DNA of 64,000 bases, taken from the NCBI GenBank assembly GCA_046050355.1, contig JBJOPW010000003.1, positions 1 through 64,000 on the forward strand, written 5' to 3'. Below are positions 38,306 through 47,182 of the stretch, piece by piece. A program made the translations under genes and the position numbers. The notes beneath the pieces were generated by a model. The model saw only the letters and a program-made list of their open reading frames with translations, searched no databases and was not told the DNA's origin. The stretch comes from Candidatus Parcubacteria bacterium. Its GTDB lineage: Bacteria > Patescibacteriota > Minisyncoccia > Phycocordibacterales > UBA918. Numbering within the stretch: position 1 is the first letter of the stretch; each line of letters opens with the position of its first letter.

Positions 38306-39004
38306 ATGGACATTACTCCAGCAGCCTTCGCTATCGCTGCCGTCTCAGGACTGGTACCGGCGCTATTTTGGCTTTGGTTCTGGCTTCGCGAAGATAAGGT
38401 AAAACCTGAACCAATCCTCCTTATCGTCATCACCTTTATTGCCGGCATGGCAGTAGTACCACTTGCCCTTCCACTCCAGAAGCTTGCTATTGAATTATAT
38501 ATTGGCACCAGTCTGGTGGTAGCGTGGGTCATTATTGAAGAAACCCTCAAATATGCGCTCGCTGTCCTCATTATCCTTTGGAACCGAGCCGTTGATGAGC
38601 CGATCGATATGATTATCTACATGATCACCATCGCGCTTGGGTTTGCGGCGCTTGAAAATACCCTCTTTCTTCTCTCACCAGTCTCGGGTGGCGATTACAT
38701 GAATTCGACCCTCACCGGTTCCTTCCGCTTTTTAGGCGCATCACTTCTCCATATCCTCGCCTCGGGGACTGTCGGAGTCTTCCTCGCTTTTGCCTTTTAT
38801 AAGAGCAAACTCACACAAATCCTCTTTGGCATGCTGGGGTTATGCCTGGCTATTGTATTGCATGCTCTCTTTAACTTTTTTATAATTGATGCAAGTGGAG
38901 AAACTATCCTCGGTGTGTTTCTCTTCGTCTGGATAGGAATTATTATCCTGTTCTTCTTATTCGAAAAAGTCAAAGCTACCGAACGGAAGCAATTAGTACC
39001 TTAG
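38306..39004 (+). CDS. PrsW-family intramembrane protease
   Basis: EP, EETLK, GFAALEN, LHALFN. Confidence 0.92.
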   Translation: MDITPAAFAIAAVSGLVPALFWLWFWLREDKVKPEPILLIVITFIAGMAVVPLALPLQKLAIELYIGTSLVVAWVIIEETLKYALAVLIILWNRAVDEPIDMIIYMITIALGFAALENTLFLLSPVSGGDYMNSTLTGSFRFLGASLLHILASGTVGVFLAFAFYKSKLTQILFGMLGLCLAIVLHALFNFFIIDASGETILGVFLFVWIGIIILFFLFEKVKATERKQLVP

Positions 39005-39014
39005 TTCCCTCTTT

Positions 39015-39530
39015 ATGAAAAAACCATCATTCCTCGACCGCCTCACTGGCAATGTACAACACGAAGACTACGATCGTGTTTTAGCTGACGACCACCATTT
39101 TGGCGACGACGAGGCTGAAGCAGTGGATGAATACGGGGAAGACGAAGACACCTGGCAAGACGGCAACACCCACGATCATACCCCCCAAGAAGGCGAACTA
39201 CCGGTAGATATGTACCAAACAGCTGACGCTATTGTGATTCGTGCCTTGGTAGCAGGTGTCAGTCCAAACGATCTTGATATCGCCATCACGCGCGATATGG
39301 TCACTATTAAAGGTATGCGAGAAGAATACCAAGAATCATCAGACGACAACTACTTCCACCGCGAGCTCTTCTGGGGTTCATTCTCGCGGACCCTTCTCCT
39401 TCCTGAAGAAGTTGTTATCGATGAAGCAGATGCCCAAGAAAAGCACGGCCTCCTTGAAATCCGTTTGCCAAAGCTTGATAAAAATCGCAGTACACAGCTG
39501 AGGGTTAAATCACAAGTTCATAAGGCATAA
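39015..39530 (+). CDS. Hsp20/alpha-crystallin protein
   Basis: VDMYQT, ELFWGSFSRTLLLP, GLLEIRLPK. Confidence 0.93.
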   Translation: MKKPSFLDRLTGNVQHEDYDRVLADDHHFGDDEAEAVDEYGEDEDTWQDGNTHDHTPQEGELPVDMYQTADAIVIRALVAGVSPNDLDIAITRDMVTIKGMREEYQESSDDNYFHRELFWGSFSRTLLLPEEVVIDEADAQEKHGLLEIRLPKLDKNRSTQLRVKSQVHKA

Positions 39531-39565
39531 GAAAAGGCGGTCCCACGGGACCGCCTTTTTCATTT

Positions 39566-39856
39566 TCACCAGCCATCGCGCGCCGCAAGATACTCCTTGC
39601 AGAACGACATTTGCTGCGAAGTCGTGAGCGGAATGTAATGCTGACGGCAACCGTAGTTCACCTCCGCATGCTCTTCATCATGATACGAAATGATGAGTTG
39701 CTTTTCCGTCACGATCGTCGTGCATGGCTGGAGACGAAACATTGTCGCCCAGTCGCGAATGATTTGTCGCGCGACCTGAAACTCCGCCACCGGCTGGAGC
39801 AATCGCTCGAGAGTCAGACATCGAGAATCAGTACTCATCTGCAAAGAACCATCCAT
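39566..39856 (-). CDS. Small hypothetical protein
   Basis: GGAGG RBS; 96-aa ORF; downstream bidirectional terminator. Confidence 0.6.
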   Translation of the reverse strand: MDGSLQMSTDSRCLTLERLLQPVAEFQVARQIIRDWATMFRLQPCTTIVTEKQLIISYHDEEHAEVNYGCRQHYIPLTTSQQMSFCKEYLAARDGW

Positions 39857-39924
39857 CTTGCTTTCCTCCATCTGTTGGGCACATACCCTGTTTGAACATT
39901 TCCGAGCCTCGTCATTTCACAACC

Positions 39925-40057
39925 GAAAATCCGCCTCGGACGGCGGATTTTGAATGTCATCGGAGGAGATGCTCAAAAGCTACCGTCTGGTGCGGATAGT
40001 AGATACACAGGATGAGGAGAAACTACTCCAGGTGGCGATGTGGTGGGTGAGCTTCAT
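39925..40057 (-). promoter_or_regulatory. Candidate leader-peptide attenuator
   Basis: ORF 40057-39980 MKLTHHIATWSSFSSSCVSTIRTRR; hairpin AAAATCCGCC/GGCGGATTTT 39926-39951. Confidence 0.5.
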
Positions 40058-40103
40058 AGTGGTTTTATGATACTCCTTCAAATATTATTTGTCTAGATAC
40101 TAC

Positions 40104-40430
40104 TCACAGCCCCAGTACTACAGCAACTGTCTGGTCAACTTTTGATTGCACTTCCGACTCTAAACGACCAAGCTGTCCTAATACAATTTTTCGATCGAGG
40201 GTCGCAATTTTGTCACAGATTATGTATGAAGCAATTTTAATCCCATTTTGTTGTGATGGCGTGATGGGTACTACAGCTACAGCTGGCGATTTATGTTTTG
40301 AGGAAATGAAGACGACAATAACATCACTACCCTTAGCCTGCTTTGATAATACTAACGCCGGTCTCACTTTCTGTCCTGAAAGGTCGGTAAACGGAAACGG
40401 AATAAGAACAATATCACCACGCTTAGGCAT
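40104..40430 (-). CDS. PemK/MazF-family toxin
   Basis: RGDIVLIPFPFTDLSGQKVRPALVLS, DKIATL. Confidence 0.93.
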   Translation of the reverse strand: MPKRGDIVLIPFPFTDLSGQKVRPALVLSKQAKGSDVIVVFISSKHKSPAVAVVPITPSQQNGIKIASYIICDKIATLDRKIVLGQLGRLESEVQSKVDQTVAVVLGL

Positions 40431-40674
40431 ATTTTTGTTTAATATCAGCCAGAGTATATGTATCTGGTTCGTCGTTCAAAAAATCAAAACTGTTCGAGTA
40501 GGCATTTATATTCGTGATATCACTAATATCTGCACGATACTGGGTTGGAAATTTAATAAGCACTGCTTCAGGTTTATCATGGCGCCCAATCACAAAATTC
40601 GCACCCTCAGTGGCTACGAGGTCTACCAAATCAGCGATTTTTTTGCGTGCTGTAGTGGTTGAAATGATTTTCAT
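40423..40674 (-). CDS. Phd/YefM-like antitoxin
   Basis: ISTTTARKKIADLVD, IGRHDKPEAVLI, C-terminal SFDFLNDEPDTYT; TGTACA palindromes at 40683-40700. Confidence 0.85.
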   Translation of the reverse strand: MKIISTTTARKKIADLVDLVATEGANFVIGRHDKPEAVLIKFPTQYRADISDITNINAYSNSFDFLNDEPDTYTLADIKQKYA

Positions 40675-40714
40675 ATCAATATTGTACATTTTGTACAAAA
40701 TACTGCAAGTCAAA

Positions 40715-41002
40715 CAAACATGTTCAGTAAACACTGCCCAACTCGGATTGTTCCGGCCCTAAAGGGAACCCCGGAACAGTCTTTCGAGCCCGCCCCCAAG
40801 CTACAAATAGCAACGACCATGAAACATGCGTTTCGTACAAACGGGCTCGACCCAGAATCGCGGTTATTTATTTCACTGCGTTCATAAACAGACTCGCGTT
40901 CTTGGTCGGCTCCTCCTCGTTTTGCTCGCCCCAGCTCACAAAACATCGTCCGGAGCTTCGAGCCCGCCCCGGACGACATACTCATGTCGTCCTCCCAAGC
41001 AC
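40715..41002 (-). repeat. tRNA-3'-associated structured elements (two units) after tRNA-Phe
   Basis: Inverted copy 40957-41002 split by hairpin 40971-40992; partial direct copy 40842-40850; second perfect 19-nt inverted copy 40783-40801. Confidence 0.75.
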
Positions 41003-41039
41003 ATATGAAAAAACTCCCAACTAGGAGTTTTTTCATATG

Positions 41040-41112
41040 TGCTTGGGGGCGGGCTCGAACCGCCGACCCCTTCCTCTTCAGGGAAATGCTCTACCAACTG
41101 AGCTACCCAAGC
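41040..41112 (-). tRNA. tRNA-Phe(GAA)
   Basis: Acceptor GCTTGGG/CCCAAGC; anticodon loop CTGAAGA; T-loop TTCGAGC. Confidence 0.95.
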
Positions 41113-41156
41113 AGTGAGGCACATTGTACCTGAATTTAAGTTTTTTTCAACTTTAA

Positions 41157-41612
41157 TTACTGCCCCTCCCCACTAGGAAATCGAACGCTTTCAACAAGAT
41201 AAGAAGTCTTCCCTCTCCATGGCCGAATCCCATATCTTTGCGAATATTTTATCTCTATGATGTCGCCTGTCCTTGCCGCTTCTTCAAGCATAGAAATTAG
41301 CAAATAGTTATCGGCACTTTTCTCATCAATAGAAAAATCCCAACTTTCTACGTATGCACCACTTTGTGTTACCCCAAGACTACCCTCATATGTTTTCCAT
41401 AGCAAACCTTTATCACTCAATTTTACAACCTGTCCTATTCGTATTCCCTCACTATATTCAAAATCATAGGCAACTAAACCAATTGCAATTGGAATGAGGG
41501 TCGTAAATAGAATCACTGACAACGGTATACATAATACCAACAACCATGTCCACATTGTAGATTTTGATTTTCTACGTTTCTTTTTTTCACTTATAACTTC
41601 TGGAGTTTCCAT
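41157..41612 (-). CDS. Hypothetical membrane-anchored protein
   Basis: TM then YSEGIRIGQVVKLSDKGLLWKTYEG. Confidence 0.8.
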   Translation of the reverse strand: METPEVISEKKKRRKSKSTMWTWLLVLCIPLSVILFTTLIPIAIGLVAYDFEYSEGIRIGQVVKLSDKGLLWKTYEGSLGVTQSGAYVESWDFSIDEKSADNYLLISMLEEAARTGDIIEIKYSQRYGIRPWRGKTSYLVESVRFPSGEGQ

Positions 41613-41620
41613 AATTATTT

Positions 41621-41920
41621 TTATTGGCCCATATACGTCTCAATCAGGCTTTCTATGACGGTTGTGGGAACAGTAACACCATTTACCTCAATACCTGTCC
41701 CGGTACCCGTTGTGACGCCAATAAAGGCATTGTACAAGTAGTAATAGGCAAGCAGTGGAATACCGAGAAGTATCGTGTACCAAATCACCTTAAAGATGAA
41801 GCGGCGGCGCTCACGCCGTTCTTGGCGAATCAAGAGCTCATTGTTCTGTCGCACCAGTTCTTGATTCTCCCGCAACAGCTTAATAATAAGCTCGTGTTGA
41901 TCAGTTGGCATTGGGTCCAT
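41621..41920 (-). CDS. Hypothetical single-TM protein
   Basis: Coiled coil ENQELVRQNNELL followed by TM helix. Confidence 0.75.
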   Translation of the reverse strand: MDPMPTDQHELIIKLLRENQELVRQNNELLIRQERRERRRFIFKVIWYTILLGIPLLAYYYLYNAFIGVTTGTGTGIEVNGVTVPTTVIESLIETYMGQ

Positions 41921-41929
41921 ATGCTCTCA

Positions 41930-43108
41930 TTATACATCCCTTTGCTGGTGCGCGATGGATTGATGTAGAAAGACAAACGCGAGCATTGCGAGGGTACCGG
42001 CGACTAGACCTGAAGCCAAAAAGGCAGTCTCGAGCGACCAGACGTCAGCTACCCAACCGATAACCGGTGACACAATAGCAAAAAATAATCGTGTGTAGAG
42101 TGAGTTTAGAGAAATGACGGTAGCCCGAATATCAGATGGTGTTTGTTTGTGAAGGAAGTCGAGCATAATTGGATGCAAAATTCCACGAAGTAACCACGCG
42201 AGAGACATCACCGCCACCGCGGCCAGACCAATCCCAAAACTAAGGAGTATAAATACCATTCCCACTACCCCACCGCTGAGGCCAAACAATAGTGAAAAGC
42301 CAAGACGTCGCTGCAAACGATGCGCAATATACGAACCAAATGCAGTTATTGCATTATAAGAAGCCCAGAGCACTCCAAATAACACCAAAGGAACACCTAT
42401 CTCTTGCCAATATGGTTGTGCCATCCAGACGAGCAATAAACCCGACGAAAATAATATGCCCGTAAAGATATTCATATGAAGAATAGTTTTGTTCTCATAC
42501 AGCGCATACCGGAGTGCTCCCAATAAATCTTTCCGTTGACGATGTCCAATCTCCATCTTTGGTTCTTTAAGCAAAAAAGTAAGCGGTATCGAACAAAGCA
42601 TCACAAAAAACTGTATATATAAAACCACCGTAACTGAGTACCAGCTAGCCAAGAGACCCCCTAAGATTGCTGCTGAAGCTTCTGAGAGCCGTGCAATACT
42701 GAGCATGCGACCTTCAATCTTGGTGTGTTTATCAGTAGCGTTGTATTGCTTAAGGGTGTCATACAACAAAGCTGAGTCGGCTCCAGATATAAACGATATC
42801 GAAACAGCTAACAATAACTCTGCGGTAGCAAAACCCCAAAAGTCACCCGATAACGCATACGCGAGGTACCCGAGACTGCCGAATACCATACCAATGACTA
42901 GCGAATATTTGCGCCCGAAACGATCAGCGAAATAACCCGATGGCACTTCCAGTGCAACGATAGCTACCGAAAAAAGTACTTGGAGCAAGAAGACATCTTG
43001 CATCGATAATCCCACATCGAGCCAATAGAGCGTAATGATGGGAATCATCAATAAAAAGGCTCGAATTGCTCGAACTATGAGAAGAAGTGTAATTTGTCGT
43101 TGCATCAA
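41930..43108 (-). CDS. MFS transporter
   Basis: EVPSGYFADRFGRK, SGADSALLYD, RATVIS. Confidence 0.93.
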   Translation of the reverse strand: MMQRQITLLLIVRAIRAFLLMIPIITLYWLDVGLSMQDVFLLQVLFSVAIVALEVPSGYFADRFGRKYSLVIGMVFGSLGYLAYALSGDFWGFATAELLLAVSISFISGADSALLYDTLKQYNATDKHTKIEGRMLSIARLSEASAAILGGLLASWYSVTVVLYIQFFVMLCSIPLTFLLKEPKMEIGHRQRKDLLGALRYALYENKTILHMNIFTGILFSSGLLLVWMAQPYWQEIGVPLVLFGVLWASYNAITAFGSYIAHRLQRRLGFSLLFGLSGGVVGMVFILLSFGIGLAAVAVMSLAWLLRGILHPIMLDFLHKQTPSDIRATVISLNSLYTRLFFAIVSPVIGWVADVWSLETAFLASGLVAGTLAMLAFVFLHQSIAHQQRDV

Positions 43109-43167
43109 ACAATCGTATCACAAACCCTCACTTCCCGACTATTTTTGTGCTACGATACCCCGTACAA

Positions 43168-43239
43168 GCCCCCGTAGCACAACGGATAGTGCAGTCCCGT
43201 CCTAAGGGAACGATCTGGGTTCGATTCCTGGCGAGGGCA
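43168..43239 (+). tRNA. tRNA-Arg(CCT)
   Basis: D-arm GCAC/GTGC; anticodon loop GTCCTAA; T-loop TTCGATT. Confidence 0.9.
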
Positions 43240-43289
43240 CACAAACGTAAAAGAAAAGCACTCTTTATCTAAAGAGTGCTTTTCTTTTA

Positions 43290-43433
43290 GTAAGCAATCA
43301 GTATTGCTTACGTACACTTGTGTGAGACGGAACGATGTTTTCGCTATTCCTAATGCCAAAACGAGTGAGTCGGGGTCGAGAACACTTAGTAGTTTAGAAG
43401 CGTAGCGAACTAATATACTTAGTGATTCGTGAC
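43290..43433 (+). repeat. Type I structured element after tRNA-Arg (arms not recognisable)
   Basis: GTAAGCAA/TTGCTTAC hairpin; ACGATGTTTT..AAAACGAG; GGGGTCGAGAA...TTCGTGAC. Confidence 0.7.
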
Positions 43434-43494
43434 TATTGTTAAACAACAAAACCTTTCTGTTAACAGAAAGGTTTTGTTTATGGTTGCTCAAAAC

Positions 43495-43731
43495 TTACAC
43501 TCCCAGGAGTTCCTTCACCTTGGCTTCATCAAATCCCACAATCACATCGTCTTCGATACGAATTACGGGCACACCCATCTGACCGGTCATATCTACCATC
43601 TCCTTACGCTTTTCAAGATCACTCGCCACGTCGTGTTCAGTAAAGGCGATGTTATGCTCAGCAAAAAAATCCTTGGCCATGTGGCAGTAGTGGCAAACCG
43701 GAGTACTATAAATGGTGACAGTTTTACTCAT
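43495..43731 (-). CDS. Glutaredoxin-like (YruB/NrdH) protein
   Basis: YSTPVCHYC, GQMGVPVI, GFD. Confidence 0.93.
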   Translation of the reverse strand: MSKTVTIYSTPVCHYCHMAKDFFAEHNIAFTEHDVASDLEKRKEMVDMTGQMGVPVIRIEDDVIVGFDEAKVKELLGV

Positions 43732-43766
43732 ATACAATTTCTTATGTTTATGACAATAAGTATACC

Positions 43767-44144
43767 TTACCGCCAAAAAATATACCAGGGAGGGGTATCC
43801 GGCGTTGGTGGTAGTGGTGTCACATCACTGTCACTTTTCTCTTCATCTACAATGATCACCACCTGCTCGCCTGGTTGCGCAACATCAAAGTTGCGACGCA
43901 TTTCAGCCTCCATTCCCCGCTCACTGCTTAGGTATTCAACTTTATCTTTGATATGTTCCTTGCGTCCGACTAACTCAGATACCCGTACTTCCGCTTCAGC
44001 TCGGCGGTTAGCCATGTCTCGCTCAATAGTATACCGATCAATTACCACCCACAACAAAAAAATACACACGGTACCGAGTATACCCACCACCCACCAGGAT
44101 TTGAGCACGCCGCGCCAACTGCGCTTTTCGTAAAACTGCAACAT
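43767..44144 (-). CDS. FtsB/DivIC-like septum formation initiator
   Basis: TM + coiled coil, E..R......PGE; TTG start. Confidence 0.75.
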   Translation of the reverse strand: MLQFYEKRSWRGVLKSWWVVGILGTVCIFLLWVVIDRYTIERDMANRRAEAEVRVSELVGRKEHIKDKVEYLSSERGMEAEMRRNFDVAQPGEQVVIIVDEEKSDSDVTPLPPTPDTPPWYIFWR

Positions 44145-44179
44145 ATGGTACTATTCTAGCATTAAATTGTTAGTCGCCT

Positions 44180-44293
44180 ATGAGTTTTCTCTACCACAAA
44201 AACACCAAGAAAATTATCAAATGGATTTGGATTGTCATCGCCAGCCTCATCGTAGCCAGTATGGTCGCCAGCCTCTTCGCCGGCTACATGTAA
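44180..44293 (+). CDS. 37-aa membrane peptide
   Basis: Hand translation MSFLYHKNTKKIIKWIWIVIASLIVASMVASLFAGYM; stop 1 nt before next ATG. Confidence 0.7.
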   Translation: MSFLYHKNTKKIIKWIWIVIASLIVASMVASLFAGYM

Positions 44294-44294
44294 T

Positions 44295-44936
44295 ATGATC
44301 GACACCGAAGCAACACCTAAGACCCCCGAATCACTGTATCGTGAAGCGGCTATACTCCTCCGAAAGCTAACCGAACAAATGCCTGACATGACTTTGCCTG
44401 ATGAGCCGTGGACTCTTGATGATATGGGCAAGCCTGTACTAAGTGAAATTTTTACTGACATGGAATTTTTACTTGCTACCGATGATGATCCTGTCGCAGA
44501 TCGTCTATATGCTGAAATGTATAAATTATTCCAAGAAGCCGAAAGATTGCCTCGCGAGTCTACACCCAACGAAAGCGAACAATTACGGACGGAAGTCAGT
44601 GAGTTTCTGAAAGTGTACGACGATGAGACACTACATCATCTCACTTTAGCTACAACCTGGGAATTAGCGAAGTCAGATGAACTAAGAACGTTGTTGCGCG
44701 ACACTACTTTTAGAGACTTCCACGCAAAAATGACTGAAATGGTCATGACTCCAGAAATTCGAGACCCCGAGTCAAGAACAAACCCTGAATATGATTGGTT
44801 CTGGAAAGAAATGCTCCCGCAGTTTTTGAAAATTCGTAGTGCTCATGGTCGATATATGCATGATGTCCTCACCCACGACATGCCAAATTGGACACCGCTA
44901 CTTGATTATTGCAAGGTAGCCAGCAATGAATTATAA
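44295..44936 (+). CDS. Hypothetical protein
   Basis: 213-aa acidic ORF with downstream terminator. Confidence 0.7.
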   Translation: MIDTEATPKTPESLYREAAILLRKLTEQMPDMTLPDEPWTLDDMGKPVLSEIFTDMEFLLATDDDPVADRLYAEMYKLFQEAERLPRESTPNESEQLRTEVSEFLKVYDDETLHHLTLATTWELAKSDELRTLLRDTTFRDFHAKMTEMVMTPEIRDPESRTNPEYDWFWKEMLPQFLKIRSAHGRYMHDVLTHDMPNWTPLLDYCKVASNEL

Positions 44937-45012
44937 TCGTCATCCTATCACGCAACACTTGCACCAAAAGACCGCCCTGAAGGCGGTCTTTTTGTTTATA
45001 CTTCGTTTCGTG

Positions 45013-45135
45013 AAAGTGACTTATTTCGAGATGGATGCGAGGCGGATGAGCAAAAATATGAGGAGGTGTACTCGTTGTACATTGACTCATATTTTTGCTC
45101 ATCCAACAAAGCAGACGCTCAAAATTAGTCACTTT
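45013..45135. repeat. ERIC-like long hairpin, copy 5
   Basis: GAGGCG-GATGAGCAAAAATATGAG-GAG-GTGTAC/GTACAT-TGA-CTCATATTTTTGCTCATC-CAACAAAG; contains lepA stop. Confidence 0.85.
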
Positions 45136-46918
45136 TGACCATTTTCATGAAAACGTCTTGGGGGATGTTTACCCGATTCTTGCCCAACTCGAGCGCCTTC
45201 TTCTTCCCTTTCTTCTGCTTCTCAAGCAGCTTCATCTTGCGGGTGATGTCGCCACCGTAGAGGTAGCCGGTCACGTCTTTACGAAACGCTGAAAGCGACC
45301 GAGAGGCGATAATTTTACCGCGCACCTTCGCTTGGAGCTTCGTCACAAACTGCTGGCGAGGCATGTTGTCGTAGAGCTTGTCGACGACAGCGCGCGCATC
45401 AAATTCGGCACGTCGTTCGCCGACGACACGCGAAAATGCCGTGATAAGCTCCTCAGCCACGAGCACATCCATGCGTACCACGGTCGCTGGGCGCATCTCA
45501 GCAATCTCGTAGGAGAGCGATGCGTAGCCACTACTGGCGTTTTTGAGTTTATCAAAGAAGTTCCGCATCAGTTCACGTAGTGGCATCTCAATCGTGATCA
45601 AGTTACGGCCGTCTTTGAGGACCTCGGTATCAATGATACTGCCTTCGTGGTCAAAGAGGAGGGTCATGATGTTACCAAGGTGATCAACTGGCGTAATAAT
45701 CTGCCCCAAGAGCCACGGTTCGCGCACTGATACTTTCTCCCCATGATCAGGAAAACGTGAAGCAGCATAAATAGACTCAATATGCCCATCATCAAACGTT
45801 ACTTCGTATGCAATCGAAGGTGAGGTAATAATAATCTCAATATCAAATTCACGGCGCAGGCGCTCGGTTACAATTTCGAGATGAAGCATGCCGAGGAAAC
45901 CGCAGCGGAAGCCGCGACCAAGCACACCTGACGATTCTTCTTCGTACGAAAGCGAGGAATCAGAGAGTTTTAGCCGGTCAAGAGCCTGCCTCAGCATGGT
46001 GAAATCATCCTGGCTATCCGGGAAGATAGAGGCCCAGACTACCGGCCGCGCTGGCGCATAGCCTGGCAGTGGTGGAGCAGGTTTTTTCTCAAGCGTGAGG
46101 GTGTCACCGACGGTGGCTACCCCCGGCTCTTTGATGCCGGTAACGATGTAACCAATTTCACCCTCGGAAATCTTCTCACACGGCACTTCGCTTGGCGTCA
46201 CCATACCAACTTCAAGGGCGGTGAAGCTTTTACCTCCAGCCACAAAACAGAGCTGATCACCTTTCTTTACTTCCCCGTCAAACACGCGCATAAAGACAAT
46301 GACGCCCCGGTGGTTTGAGTACGTGAAGTCAAAGATGAGTCCGCGGTACGCATCAAGCTCACTCGGCTTTGGCGCGGGAATACGATCACAGATAGCCGCG
46401 AGGAGTTCAGGTACCCCGGCGCCAGTCTTCCCTGATACGAGGAGAATATCCGACCGCTCACACCCCAAGAGTTCCATCACTGATTCGGCGATTTCATCCG
46501 GTCGGGAGTGGGCCATGTCGGTCTTGGTGAGCACCGGAATGATGGTGAGGCCTTGCTCACGAGCCATCGAGAGTGTCGTCAGTGTCTGGGCCTGAATCCC
46601 TTGTGTGCTATCAACAAGGAGAAGCACACCCTCCACCGCCTTCAGGGCACGCGATACCTCATACGAGAAGTCAATGTGGCCTGGGGTATCGATGAGGTTA
46701 AGCTGGTGCTCGACACCATTGTGTACAAACTTCATGCGTACCGGCTGCATCTTGATCGTAATCCCCCGCTCCCGCTCGAGCTCCATGGAGTCGAGGACCT
46801 GCTCTTTCATCTTGCGGGCTTCGACCGTCCGGGTCGTCTCGAGCATACGGTCAGCCAAGGTCGACTTGCCGTGGTCGATGTGGGCAATGATGCTGAAATT
46901 TCTAATATGGGTGGTCAT
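45125..46918 (-). CDS. lepA: Elongation factor 4
   Basis: AHIDHGKSTLADR, ERGITIK, GFRCGFLGMLH, YGGDITRKMKLL. Confidence 0.98.
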   Translation of the reverse strand: MTTHIRNFSIIAHIDHGKSTLADRMLETTRTVEARKMKEQVLDSMELERERGITIKMQPVRMKFVHNGVEHQLNLIDTPGHIDFSYEVSRALKAVEGVLLLVDSTQGIQAQTLTTLSMAREQGLTIIPVLTKTDMAHSRPDEIAESVMELLGCERSDILLVSGKTGAGVPELLAAICDRIPAPKPSELDAYRGLIFDFTYSNHRGVIVFMRVFDGEVKKGDQLCFVAGGKSFTALEVGMVTPSEVPCEKISEGEIGYIVTGIKEPGVATVGDTLTLEKKPAPPLPGYAPARPVVWASIFPDSQDDFTMLRQALDRLKLSDSSLSYEEESSGVLGRGFRCGFLGMLHLEIVTERLRREFDIEIIITSPSIAYEVTFDDGHIESIYAASRFPDHGEKVSVREPWLLGQIITPVDHLGNIMTLLFDHEGSIIDTEVLKDGRNLITIEMPLRELMRNFFDKLKNASSGYASLSYEIAEMRPATVVRMDVLVAEELITAFSRVVGERRAEFDARAVVDKLYDNMPRQQFVTKLQAKVRGKIIASRSLSAFRKDVTGYLYGGDITRKMKLLEKQKKGKKKALELGKNRVNIPQDVFMKMVKSD

Positions 46919-47056
46919 AAATTGTTCCTACAGTACCGCAAAATAGCAATAAATACCAGTCGAGACAACTTACGACGAATTCATCGAGCATGGTCAAAAG
47001 TTCCTTAGACGACAAGTAAAAGTGTAAATTGAAAACAAGCATAGGTCACTTTGTTA

Positions 47057-47182
47057 CTAAAACTTTTCAAATTACTTCAGATGCGCGGCGTCAAGGATTG
47101 AGAATTGGAGGCGAATTTTTTATACGATGACAATTCGAAGGACGCAGACAACAAAGCAGCTGAACAATTTGGGAAGTTTTAG
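47057..47182. repeat. ERIC-like long hairpin, copy 6
   Basis: Arms CTAAAACTTTTCAAATT/AATTTGGGAAGTTTTAG; GCGGCG...GGAG..TGAC...CAACAAAG; contains murJ stop. Confidence 0.75.
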
